Part shown: piece after piece, positions 20,328 to 28,933 of the stretch | Layout of the letters: every line of letters starts with the position of its first letter | Numbering within the stretch: position 1 is the stretch's first letter | Assembly: GCA_016211945.1 (NCBI GenBank) | Contig: JACRHV010000006.1 | Location: 146,093-210,092, forward strand | Direction of reading: 5' to 3' | Length of the DNA: 64,000 bases | Source of the DNA: Minisyncoccota bacterium | GTDB lineage: Bacteria > Patescibacteriota > Microgenomatia > UBA1400 > UBA12028 | The notes under the pieces: generated by a model | The model's database searches: none | The model's input: only the letters and a program-made list of their open reading frames with translations | What the model was told of the DNA's origin: nothing | Translations under genes and position numbers: made by a program

Positions 20328-22612
20328 ATCGAAAACAGGCTTTGTTGGTTTTCATCAATCTGTTTTCTTTTTGTTACTGGGGTAGTTATTTTGGTGAGTC
20401 CTAATGTTCGATATGTTCGCAGTCTTTTAAAGTACATCAACTTGAGCATTGGCACCTGGTCATCAAAATAATCATGAACTACTGCTATTGTTTTTCCCTC
20501 AAATGGTCGCTGGACTCTGCCCACATATTGAATAAGCTTGCCCTTCCACGAAAAAGGGAATGCAAAAAAGACGTGGGAAACTGCTGGCCAGTCAAAGCCT
20601 TCACCAATTAGCTTGCCAGTTGCGATTAAAAGCTGGAAACGCTCTTGCATCATGCGTTTTGCAATGCGCTCACGATTCTTTTTGGTCATATTTCCGGTAG
20701 CAATAGCAGCATGAATATTTTTTATTTTTTCGCGAATCAAAGTCATGAGAGTTTCACAGTGTTCGATGCGCTCAGTCAGAACAATGCATTTTGCTCCTGT
20801 ATTCAAAACCTCCACAATGTCACTAGCAATTTGGTCATTACGTTTTGCATCAGCAATAAGAAACTTTCCTAACTCTTGAAATTCGTCTATTTTGTGAGCA
20901 ACTGTAAAAGCTGTTTTTCGTGTCATAAGTTGTGTCTCTACAGATGGTGACTCCACATTTTGCGGATTCTCTTTTGTCTGCTCAGCTACCGAAATAATAG
21001 TGTCACTTACGTAAAAGTGCATCAGTTTTTCCAGTTTATCTTTTCGATACGCTGTTGCGGTTAATCCCAATACATATTTGGCAGAAAATTGTTTAACCAC
21101 ATCGCTGAATGTGTTTGCTGGCACGTGATGGCACTCATCAATAATGACCAATCCAAATTGATTTTTGACGTCATCTAAATTCCTGCGCGTTAGTGTCATG
21201 TAGGAAGCAACGGTGACTTTTTTTCCGATTCGCCATTTATTGCCAATGGTACCTAAGTCTTCCTTGGTGAGTTTGAAATAGGTATTGAATCGTCTGATCC
21301 ATTGATCAAGCAATATCGTTGTGTGGACGACAATAAGTGTTTTTTGCTGAAGTTTCTTCATCAGAGCTAATGCCACCATCGTTTTACCAAAACCAGGATG
21401 AGCCTCCAGAATGCTGCGATTTTGTAGCAGGAGAGATTTGAGAATTTTTTGCTGATCCGCGTGCAATTTTAGCGTTGATGGAAATTGCATCTTTTTTGTG
21501 GTGATTCGTTCATCTTTTATTTCAACTGTTAGTTGTTCTTTTTTGATAAAGGCAAGAAGTTTATTTAAAAATCCAAGTGGCAAAGCAACATGATCAGGAA
21601 ATACTTCTAGAGTTTTGATGGACCGAGCGGTCTGCCATGTTGAGTACCCAAATCGTTCTTTGACATAAAATTCAGGATTGGGAAAATTCAGCTCTCTTTT
21701 CAGGAATCGATACAATTTATCTGGTAACCAAAGGCTTGGAATAACAATGTTGGACGAAAGCATGGCATGAACTTCCTGGCCTTGGGTTGTTGAAACTGTT
21801 GGTTCACTTTCTTCTTGAGTTACAATTTCTCTTTTTGTTTCGTCTTTGCTCTGTTCCATTTTATATTCAGCAGAGGTTTCTTTCACTAAATGAGCTGTAA
21901 TTGGGTTTGCCTGATACTGAATTTTTGTTTTCTCGTTCATGCAATGATCAATATCATTCAGGCTCACTCTTTTGATCGACTCAAGGAATTGCCATTGATC
22001 TAGACAAACTTCACCAACAGAATCAATAAACACTGTATTTCCTTCTATCACCGCTTTTCCCTGCAACGGCAAACAAATCAGATTCCCAAACCCTTTTCCG
22101 GTATGTTCATCCTGACTGGGAAACATGCGGTCAAACGTCTTACGAGTGGTTATTCCAGCTTGAAAGAGCAACAGTTTCCCTATTTGTCGTGCTTTGTATG
22201 CAACAATGCGCTGATCAAAAAAGATCCATACATGTCCGCCCTCACCCGAACGGGATCGTTCAATATATGCAGAGATGTTGAGTAGCTTTGCCTGCTCAAT
22301 GATTTTGCGAGCCAATATAAGCCAATCTTTCCCATCAAAATCAATGACGAGAAACGCTGCCGTATTATCAGGAAATAACGGATACACGCCAATCGTTTGA
22401 TTCCCAAGCAAGTGATCACGAATCACATCATCCGTTAATACGTGTGATTTTTGATTCAAGTTATACACTGGGGCGTAACCAGTCTTTTTGTTCATCATGT
22501 CCACCCAATAGTGTGCAAAGACATCGTCGCGAGTGGAAAAAAGCGAACGAAATAGATGTATTTGACTAGGCAAAAATGTGAGCATGTGAGCTCTATTATA
22601 TCTCGAGGTCAA
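20324..22612 (-). CDS. Fusion protein: N-terminal archaeo-eukaryotic-primase-type primase-polymerase (PrimPol) domain and C-terminal DExH SF2 helicase
   Basis: N-terminus: AEP motif I 'FLVIDFDGKD' (DxD) and motif II 'RSGEGGHVWIFF' (sGxGxH). C-terminus: helicase motif I 'HPGFGKTM', motif II 'VIIDECHH', motif III 'GLTATAYR', and motif VI 'QYVGRVQRP'. A single 762-aa ORF. Confidence 0.7.
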   Translation of the reverse strand: MTSRYNRAHMLTFLPSQIHLFRSLFSTRDDVFAHYWVDMMNKKTGYAPVYNLNQKSHVLTDDVIRDHLLGNQTIGVYPLFPDNTAAFLVIDFDGKDWLILARKIIEQAKLLNISAYIERSRSGEGGHVWIFFDQRIVAYKARQIGKLLLFQAGITTRKTFDRMFPSQDEHTGKGFGNLICLPLQGKAVIEGNTVFIDSVGEVCLDQWQFLESIKRVSLNDIDHCMNEKTKIQYQANPITAHLVKETSAEYKMEQSKDETKREIVTQEESEPTVSTTQGQEVHAMLSSNIVIPSLWLPDKLYRFLKRELNFPNPEFYVKERFGYSTWQTARSIKTLEVFPDHVALPLGFLNKLLAFIKKEQLTVEIKDERITTKKMQFPSTLKLHADQQKILKSLLLQNRSILEAHPGFGKTMVALALMKKLQQKTLIVVHTTILLDQWIRRFNTYFKLTKEDLGTIGNKWRIGKKVTVASYMTLTRRNLDDVKNQFGLVIIDECHHVPANTFSDVVKQFSAKYVLGLTATAYRKDKLEKLMHFYVSDTIISVAEQTKENPQNVESPSVETQLMTRKTAFTVAHKIDEFQELGKFLIADAKRNDQIASDIVEVLNTGAKCIVLTERIEHCETLMTLIREKIKNIHAAIATGNMTKKNRERIAKRMMQERFQLLIATGKLIGEGFDWPAVSHVFFAFPFSWKGKLIQYVGRVQRPFEGKTIAVVHDYFDDQVPMLKLMYFKRLRTYRTLGLTKITTPVTKRKQIDENQQSLFSI

Positions 22613-22691
22613 AATAGCTACTTAATCAGTTCGAGTAGGCTGTCCAAATGGTGAAGGATTGGATTCAGCAAAATTCACTATGTTTTTGCAG

Positions 22692-23897
22692 CTAAGCAAG
22701 CTTAATTTCATCTGGAATGAACGTGAGTTTAGTTTTAATGAAGTCCAACATCGTATTAAAAGTTCCTTCTTCCTGCGGAGAGATATTCAGACTGTAAAAG
22801 GTTGTTTTGCCTACTTCTCTTCTGTTAACAATTTTTTGGTCAGTCGCTTGCTGGAGGTAGGTGACGAATGTTTGGCGAGCCATTTTGCCGTTAACATTTT
22901 TGAAAAGATTTTTAAACTGGACTTCATGTTTTTTAATCAGGGGTTTGCAGATACGAGTGATCTGCTCATCGGTGTTCTGACTATCCAGAAATGCCTTTCG
23001 TTTTACTTCAAGGCTTGTTTTCACTACTGACAAGATGGATAAAGCAAAGGCTTCCTGAAAAAATCCCACAAAATGATTCAAGTTCTTTCGTTCCAAAGAA
23101 AACAATAAGTACTTATAGTACCGTGCTTTTTCTTTATGATAGTAATAGGAGGTACTGTACAGATTTTTTTTGTTCACTCCTAATGAACGAAGAAAAATGT
23201 GTTCGAGAATTCTTGATACTCGTTTATTGCCATTAGTGAAGGGATGGAGGGCATATAAAGCAGTATGAAAAATGCCAATACTAGTAATAGCTCTATTATT
23301 TTGAATCCAAATAACGAGCTCTTGTACACCAGTCTCGATTTCATGATAAGGTGCTGGTTTATACTCGCCCACACGAATATTGTCATTGTCTCGCCATTTT
23401 CCTGATTTATAGACATCGAAATGTGGTAAGTGCGTTTGAAACACATCCAAACCTTGGGTTAATTTTTGATGAAGCTGCAAAATAAAGTCTGGAGTAACTT
23501 CATCAATCTGAATCTCTTGATATTCTCGAAAGGTTTTGGCAATGTTAAAGAATTCCAGTTTTTCATAATCCTTCTGCAATAGCTTCTTTCCCTTTTTCAA
23601 CTTACCACTGATAAACGAATAGTCTTCATTTTTGAGTAAAAAGTCATATACATCCTGGGCTTCTTGAAGCGTTAATGTCGAGTTTTCGGCTTTTGAGATC
23701 GCAAACGAAGCCAACAGTTCATTTTTGCTCAGTAGATTCTTTTCAATATCTGGATCTAAAAAGAGCTGTTCATATTGGTTTAAATCCCTGTCTAAATCAA
23801 GCAATTCCTCATTGGAGAATGGTAAAAGACTTGGGGTTAGGATCAATTGATTCAGAAAAGGGCTGGTGAAGGGGTTATTGGTAGTAATTGTGGTCAT
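22692..23897 (-). CDS. Fic/Doc family protein (Doc-like 'NGNKR' variant of the Fic motif)
   Basis: Core motif 'HPFTNGNKRVSR', with HxFx(D/N)GN(G/K)R and a Lys at the second Gly position as in Doc. It has extended N- and C-terminal regions and sits on the same strand 80 nt upstream of the PrimPol-helicase gene. Confidence 0.8.
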   Translation of the reverse strand: MTTITTNNPFTSPFLNQLILTPSLLPFSNEELLDLDRDLNQYEQLFLDPDIEKNLLSKNELLASFAISKAENSTLTLQEAQDVYDFLLKNEDYSFISGKLKKGKKLLQKDYEKLEFFNIAKTFREYQEIQIDEVTPDFILQLHQKLTQGLDVFQTHLPHFDVYKSGKWRDNDNIRVGEYKPAPYHEIETGVQELVIWIQNNRAITSIGIFHTALYALHPFTNGNKRVSRILEHIFLRSLGVNKKNLYSTSYYYHKEKARYYKYLLFSLERKNLNHFVGFFQEAFALSILSVVKTSLEVKRKAFLDSQNTDEQITRICKPLIKKHEVQFKNLFKNVNGKMARQTFVTYLQQATDQKIVNRREVGKTTFYSLNISPQEEGTFNTMLDFIKTKLTFIPDEIKLA

Positions 23898-23935
23898 AAG
23901 ATTAGTCTAATTTCAGTCTAATGATTAGTCTGAAT
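23898..23935 (-). promoter_or_regulatory. Triple operator-like repeat abutting the fic start codon
   Basis: On the coding strand, AGACTAAT / TAGACTGA / TAGACTAAT recur with about 11-bp periodicity (plus strand: ATTAGTCTAA, AGTCTAA, ATTAGTCTGA) within 40 nt upstream of the fic ATG. Confidence 0.35.
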
Positions 23936-24164
23936 TATAGTCAACAACTGATCCAGTGTCAATTTTTTTTCAGGTCAAGTAGCCGGTGCATACAAATTTT
24001 CTTTATTGATACCCTTTAGCTTGTAAAGTAAATAATCTGGCCGTTTCCAATGTGTATGAGTTATCTTCAGTAGGTTACGACAGGTCTTACATCCGGAATG
24101 TAGATATGCTCCGTTGTCTCCTGTAAAATAGTTCTAACGTTGTTCACAACGTTCCGCCATTACT

Positions 24165-24386
24165 ATGCACAAAGTACCAACGGATTTACGAAAAGTCATT
24201 ATTTCTTTTCCAAAGGCGCGAGCAGCATGGAAGGGTATTACACCACTTGCGCGCAATGAGTGGATCTGCTGGATTGAGTCTGCCAAAAAAACGGAAACAA
24301 GGATCCACCGGATTGAGAGGGCGCGTGCAGAGCTTATAGACGGAAAGCGCAGGCCTTGCTGTTGGGCCGGTTGTATTCATCGTTGA
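24165..24386 (+). CDS. YdeI/OmpD-associated family small protein
   Basis: 'ARNEWICWIESAKKTETRIHRIERA...RRPCCWAGC' matches the YdeI_OmdA-type C-terminal signature. Confidence 0.55.
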   Translation: MHKVPTDLRKVIISFPKARAAWKGITPLARNEWICWIESAKKTETRIHRIERARAELIDGKRRPCCWAGCIHR

Positions 24387-24456
24387 GATAATCGAAGGTG
24401 GCGCACTACATCAATTTTTTCTATAAACAAAGTGATAAAATAATCGATGAATAAAT

Positions 24457-24927
24457 ATGATGATAAGACACGCAAAAATAACCGATAAAGAAATTGTCTT
24501 AAAATTGCTCGATGAATTCAGAAGTGACTGTGCAGAACAAATTACAGGGGAGTATGTTGAGTCTCATACCGCCAGAGAAGGTGGTCGTTTACTTTATGAA
24601 TCTCTCTTATCTCGAAATGATTATGGTATTTTCTTGTTGGTTGATTTGCATTCAAAAGTTGTAGGGGTAATTACTGGCTATCTCTGTCCTATGTTGCGAA
24701 ATGGCGGTGTGAGAGCAGAGGTAGAGGAATTTTTTGTACAGAAAGAGCATAGAGGAAATGGTAACGCAAAGAAATTAATGGATGCTTTTTTTGCTTGGTG
24801 CAAAATGAACCAAGTCCGAAAGGTGAACCTAGAGTCGGAAAATAAACTAAATAGAGCACACAGTTTTTATAAGAAATATGGTTTTGAGACCAAAGCTCAA
24901 AGGTTTATTAAAAAACTAGAGAGTTAA
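24457..24927 (+). CDS. GNAT family N-acetyltransferase
   Basis: 'FFVQKEHRGNGNAKKLMDAFFAWC' and the typical GNAT beta-alpha topology. Confidence 0.75.
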   Translation: MMIRHAKITDKEIVLKLLDEFRSDCAEQITGEYVESHTAREGGRLLYESLLSRNDYGIFLLVDLHSKVVGVITGYLCPMLRNGGVRAEVEEFFVQKEHRGNGNAKKLMDAFFAWCKMNQVRKVNLESENKLNRAHSFYKKYGFETKAQRFIKKLES

Positions 24928-24980
24928 CGTATAAGCTTATTTGGGTTCCAGAACCGAGTACACTGTAAAGAAAGGTAGAT

Positions 24981-25394
24981 ATGGAAATAACGCAGGCAGA
25001 TCATGAACTTATCAAACATGCAGAACAAACAATTACGCGCCACTTTTCTCCAAAACACCATCGACTCGCCACCTGTATTGCAACAAAATCAGGGCAAATT
25101 ATCACAGGAATTAATGTTGAGGGATCATTTGGGTGCAATGATGTGTGTGCGGAACAAATAACTTTGGGGAATGTCTTGTCTCATGGAGTAAAAGACATTG
25201 CATGTATGGTTACGGTAAAACATCCAAAAGCAGAGGATCCAAATCAATCACTACGCGTAGTTTCGCCCTGTGGGAAATGTCGAGAACTTATTCTCGACTA
25301 TGCGCCAGAAGCCTGGGTTATCATCAAAAATGGGAGCACGCTCATAAAAGTACATGCAAAAGACCTCTTGCCATATCGGTATTCCAAGGCATAA
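24981..25394 (+). CDS. Cytidine deaminase-family zinc enzyme, blasticidin-S-deaminase-like
   Basis: 'GINVEGSFGCNDVCAEQ' (C/H-A-E) and 'SPCGKCRELILD' (PCxxC), with an overall 137-aa layout colinear with BSD/CDA tetrameric deaminases. Confidence 0.8.
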   Translation: MEITQADHELIKHAEQTITRHFSPKHHRLATCIATKSGQIITGINVEGSFGCNDVCAEQITLGNVLSHGVKDIACMVTVKHPKAEDPNQSLRVVSPCGKCRELILDYAPEAWVIIKNGSTLIKVHAKDLLPYRYSKA

Positions 25395-25409
25395 TAGAGG
25401 AAGAAAACT

Positions 25410-25628
25410 ATGCAAAAAGATACGCATTCCTTATCTCGTACCTGCGAACATACATGTTCGCAATCATATACAACATCAAACACGGTTTATGGACTCGCGT
25501 TTCTTGGTTCTGTCGTCTATTTTATTCAACATGCAACAACATTTTGGGAAGGTGTTTTGGGTGTGGGAAAGGCAGTGATTTGGCCCGCCCTCCTCGCATA
25601 TAAATTGCTCGAATTTTTCAAATTCTAA
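25410..25628 (+). CDS. Small putative membrane protein (72 aa)
   Basis: A hydrophobic C-terminal half forming two predicted helices. Weak evidence. Confidence 0.3.
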   Translation: MQKDTHSLSRTCEHTCSQSYTTSNTVYGLAFLGSVVYFIQHATTFWEGVLGVGKAVIWPALLAYKLLEFFKF

Positions 25629-25634
25629 TACCCT

Positions 25635-26036
25635 ATGAACTTACCTTTTGATGTTGGTATCTCCCCAACACTTCACATTCGTGGCCTCATTGCAAATCGC
25701 AATATTAAAAAAGGCGAAGTTGTTGAACGTGCTCCGGTGGTTTTGATCAGTAAAAAAGAAGAGGAGCATCTCAAAAAAACTGTGCTTTGGAAGTATTACT
25801 ACGAATGGTCAAACAAACATCATGTGATTGTGTTGGGATATGGCAGTCTATACAACCATTCATATGAACCAAACGTGCGGTATGGGTTTAATTTTAAATG
25901 GAAAGTACTTGTGTATAAGGCGATTAAACCAATAAAAAAAGGTGAGGAATTGATGGTGAACTACAACTGGGATCCGGATAACAAAGACCCTGTTGATGAT
26001 TTTTTGATGGACTTCAACGCGCATATGAAAGCGTAG
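25635..26036 (+). CDS. SET-domain protein (putative lysine methyltransferase)
   Basis: 'GYGSLYNHSYEPN' (NHSxxPN) and 'EELMVNY' (ELxxxY) SET signatures. Confidence 0.75.
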   Translation: MNLPFDVGISPTLHIRGLIANRNIKKGEVVERAPVVLISKKEEEHLKKTVLWKYYYEWSNKHHVIVLGYGSLYNHSYEPNVRYGFNFKWKVLVYKAIKPIKKGEELMVNYNWDPDNKDPVDDFLMDFNAHMKA

Positions 26037-26100
26037 GTCGTGCACGTTGCGTTAACCTTGTTTTCATGGTACACTATACTCTGGAATTGTGAGAAATGAA

Positions 26101-26128
26101 GGTGGGTTTGGAACCCGCCTTTTTTATT
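26101..26128 (+). terminator. Rho-independent terminator-like hairpin plus U-tract just upstream of nusA
   Basis: GGTGGGTT-TGG-AACCCGCC stem-loop followed by TTTTTTATT. The nusA RBS and ATG follow 15 nt later. Confidence 0.45.
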
Positions 26129-26142
26129 AAAGAAGGAGAAAA

Positions 26143-27399
26143 ATGTCAGCTACAACACAACATTCGCAAACACGATCAGAGTTTACTGCCGCACTCAACC
26201 AGATTGCCGCCGAACGAAATATTGATCCATCAGTTGTCCTTTCTTCTATTGAAGAAGCTATTGTTGCCGCATATAAAAAGGATGCAGTTGGAGTGTTGGA
26301 AGATGATGTGTTTATTGCGCAAATCGACCCACTTACCGGTGAGTCAAATGTATACAAAGTTGTGGGGAAAAAACAGATCGATGTTACCCCCGCAGGCTTT
26401 GGGCGTATCGCAGCGCAAACTGCAAAACAAGTCATCCTCCAAAAAGTTCGCGAGGCAGAGCGCGATGCCGTCATCCAGTACTACAGCGCAAAAATTGGCA
26501 CTATCGTTACCGGTATGGTGCTCAGGCACGATGGCAAGAATGTCATCATGGATATTGGCAAGGGCCAGGCGTATATGCCGCCGGAAGAGCAGATGCGCGG
26601 AGAGTTTTACCGCCTGAATACTCGGCTAACGGTCTATATTGCAGACATCCGTGAAACCATGCGCGGAAAAACAGTGATTGTGTCTCGTGCCGCAAAAGAA
26701 CTCGTGAAAGAATTGTTTGCACGTGAGGTTCCGGAAGTCTCTTCTGGAGCGGTGGAAGTTAAGGCAATCGCACGTGAGGCCGGTGTTCGCGCAAAACTCG
26801 CGGTGTTTTCTTCACAACAAGGGGTTGACCCCGTGGGTTCATGTGTGGGTCAAAAGGGCGTTCGTGTTCAAGAAGTCATTAAAGAACTGAACAACGAAAA
26901 AATCGATATTATTCAATACACGGAAGATCCTCGATTGTTTGTTGAGCAAGCGCTTGCTCCGGCAGAGAATCTCAAGATTGAGATTGATGAGAAAAAGAAA
27001 TTGGCAACCGTGACTGCACCAGACGATCAAGTGTCCCTAGCGATCGGTCGCGGTGGGCAGAATGCTCGATTAGCTGCAAAGCTAACAGAGTACAAGATTA
27101 CGATTAAGTCACAATCCGGCATTCAAGCTGCTTCCGTTACAGGGAGCGAGGAGTTTGAGATCGATCAGCTCGACTTGAAAGAGGATGTTCGGAAGCTACT
27201 TGTTGAAAAGGGGTATACTTTGCTCTATCAACTTCGTGATCATCTTGATGAAATTGAGACACTCGGGGGCGTTGGGCCAAAAGCGGTAGAGGCGATTCGT
27301 GCAGCGCTAACGTTAAGTCAACCTCCAAGACCAATGTACCAAGAAACAGTAGTCGAAACGCCCGCACCAGTTATCGCGGAGACTCAAAAAACAGAGTAA
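26143..27399 (+). CDS. nusA: Transcription termination/antitermination factor NusA
   Basis: N-terminal domain, S1, and two KH domains ('GxxG' regions), plus a C-terminal extension. Confidence 0.93.
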   Translation: MSATTQHSQTRSEFTAALNQIAAERNIDPSVVLSSIEEAIVAAYKKDAVGVLEDDVFIAQIDPLTGESNVYKVVGKKQIDVTPAGFGRIAAQTAKQVILQKVREAERDAVIQYYSAKIGTIVTGMVLRHDGKNVIMDIGKGQAYMPPEEQMRGEFYRLNTRLTVYIADIRETMRGKTVIVSRAAKELVKELFAREVPEVSSGAVEVKAIAREAGVRAKLAVFSSQQGVDPVGSCVGQKGVRVQEVIKELNNEKIDIIQYTEDPRLFVEQALAPAENLKIEIDEKKKLATVTAPDDQVSLAIGRGGQNARLAAKLTEYKITIKSQSGIQAASVTGSEEFEIDQLDLKEDVRKLLVEKGYTLLYQLRDHLDEIETLGGVGPKAVEAIRAALTLSQPPRPMYQETVVETPAPVIAETQKTE

Positions 27400-27433
27400 T
27401 GAGTGCGAAATGTAAAGAGAAAAGAGGTTTGGC

Positions 27434-28864
27434 ATGAGTGTGCAGGCAAGACCACCAGTTGTTACCATTATGGGTCATGTTGACCATGGCAAGACTTCGC
27501 TTTTAGATGCAATTCGACATACCACCGTTGCGGCCAAAGAGGCCGGTGGTATTACGCAGCACATTGGTGCCTACCAGGTTGAACACGCCAAAAAAACTAT
27601 TACTTTTATCGATACTCCAGGCCACGCGGCGTTTACCAAGATGCGCTCCCGTGGGGCGCAGGCTACCGATATTGTTGTTCTCGTTGTTTCGGCTTCAGAG
27701 GGGGTAAAACCGCAGACTGTGGAGTCGATTCAGCACATCAAAAAAGCAGGCGTCCAATATCTTGTTGCGCTGACAAAAACAGATTTGCCAGACTCAGACA
27801 TTGAGCGTGTGAAGGCGCAGCTGACGGAATATGAGGTGTTTGTTGAGGGGTATGGCGGTGACATCGTGTGTGTTCCTGTTTCCGCAAAGACCGGAGATGG
27901 ATTGGATAAATTACTTGAAATGATCTCTCTTATTGCCGAGATGATGGATCTCAAGGCCGATGCTTCTGCCTCGATTGAAGGGGTGATTATTGAATCGAAG
28001 ATGGAGGCGCGTCGCGGTGCTGTGGCGACGGTACTCGTAAAAAACGGCACACTTCACCTTGGCGATACCATCTATGTTGATCAGGTAAGCGCAAAGGTAA
28101 AGGCAATGACCGACGCACTTGCAAAACCAGTGAAAGAGGCAGGTCCATCAACGCCAGTTGAAGTGTTGGGATGGAACACAGCTCCGTTGATCGGCGGACT
28201 TGTGATGGCGACAGCCTCGCAACCAATAGAGAACCAGAGTGGAGAAAAAAGCGTATCGAGCGAGCATGATGACGAGAGTCCAACGAAGCTGAAACTTATT
28301 ATTAAGTCCGATACTGCTGGGACATTAGAGGCAATTGAAAACAGTATTGTAACGGACGAGATTGTGGTGATTAGTAAAGGCATTGGAGATGTTGGTGAGG
28401 CAGATGTTCTTATGGCCGAGTCAACTGGCGCGCGTATCATCGGGTTCCATGTGAAGGTGCCGTCTGCGGTGTTAGCGATGGCGGAGAACATGAAGGTAAA
28501 GATTAAGACATACACCATTATCTTTGACATGATCGAAGATATTCAGAAACAAGTTTTGTTGCTGATTGAGCCTTCCATGAACGAGGAAGAGTTGGGAACC
28601 GCAGAGATTGTGATGATTTTTGACATGAAAGGTGAACGCGTTGCGGGATGCAAGATTAAAACCGGAGAAATTGGTCGAGGACAACTCTACCACATTAAAC
28701 GTGGTGATGTGGTTATTGCCGATCCAAAAATGAAATCGATGAAGACTGGAAAGCAAGATATTGAGTCGATGAAGGCCGGCGGCGAGTGCGGTATTGTGTT
28801 CCGCAACTATACTGATCTCCAAAAAGGGGATGTGATTCTCGCGTATAAAATAAAAGAGATATGA
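27434..28864 (+). CDS. infB: Translation initiation factor IF-2 (short form beginning at the G domain)
   Basis: G1 'GHVDHGKTS', G3 'DTPGH', G4 'TKTD', followed by beta-barrel and C2 domains. No N-terminal extension. Confidence 0.93.
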   Translation: MSVQARPPVVTIMGHVDHGKTSLLDAIRHTTVAAKEAGGITQHIGAYQVEHAKKTITFIDTPGHAAFTKMRSRGAQATDIVVLVVSASEGVKPQTVESIQHIKKAGVQYLVALTKTDLPDSDIERVKAQLTEYEVFVEGYGGDIVCVPVSAKTGDGLDKLLEMISLIAEMMDLKADASASIEGVIIESKMEARRGAVATVLVKNGTLHLGDTIYVDQVSAKVKAMTDALAKPVKEAGPSTPVEVLGWNTAPLIGGLVMATASQPIENQSGEKSVSSEHDDESPTKLKLIIKSDTAGTLEAIENSIVTDEIVVISKGIGDVGEADVLMAESTGARIIGFHVKVPSAVLAMAENMKVKIKTYTIIFDMIEDIQKQVLLLIEPSMNEEELGTAEIVMIFDMKGERVAGCKIKTGEIGRGQLYHIKRGDVVIADPKMKSMKTGKQDIESMKAGGECGIVFRNYTDLQKGDVILAYKIKEI

Positions 28865-28933
28865 AGACACTGGTTTTCTAAGGCGCATCTTTCCCAAACA
28901 AAAAAGAACATTAGTTTGATTTTTCCACCTTAA

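Noticed and set aside
25145-25603. 152-aa plus-strand ORF overlapping the deaminase and the small membrane protein gene
   Set aside because: It runs in an alternative frame across two better-supported genes and has no motif.
26096-26617. 173-aa plus-strand ORF overlapping the nusA start
   Set aside because: It is in a different frame from nusA, which has full domain support. It begins inside the terminator hairpin, and its protein is low-complexity.
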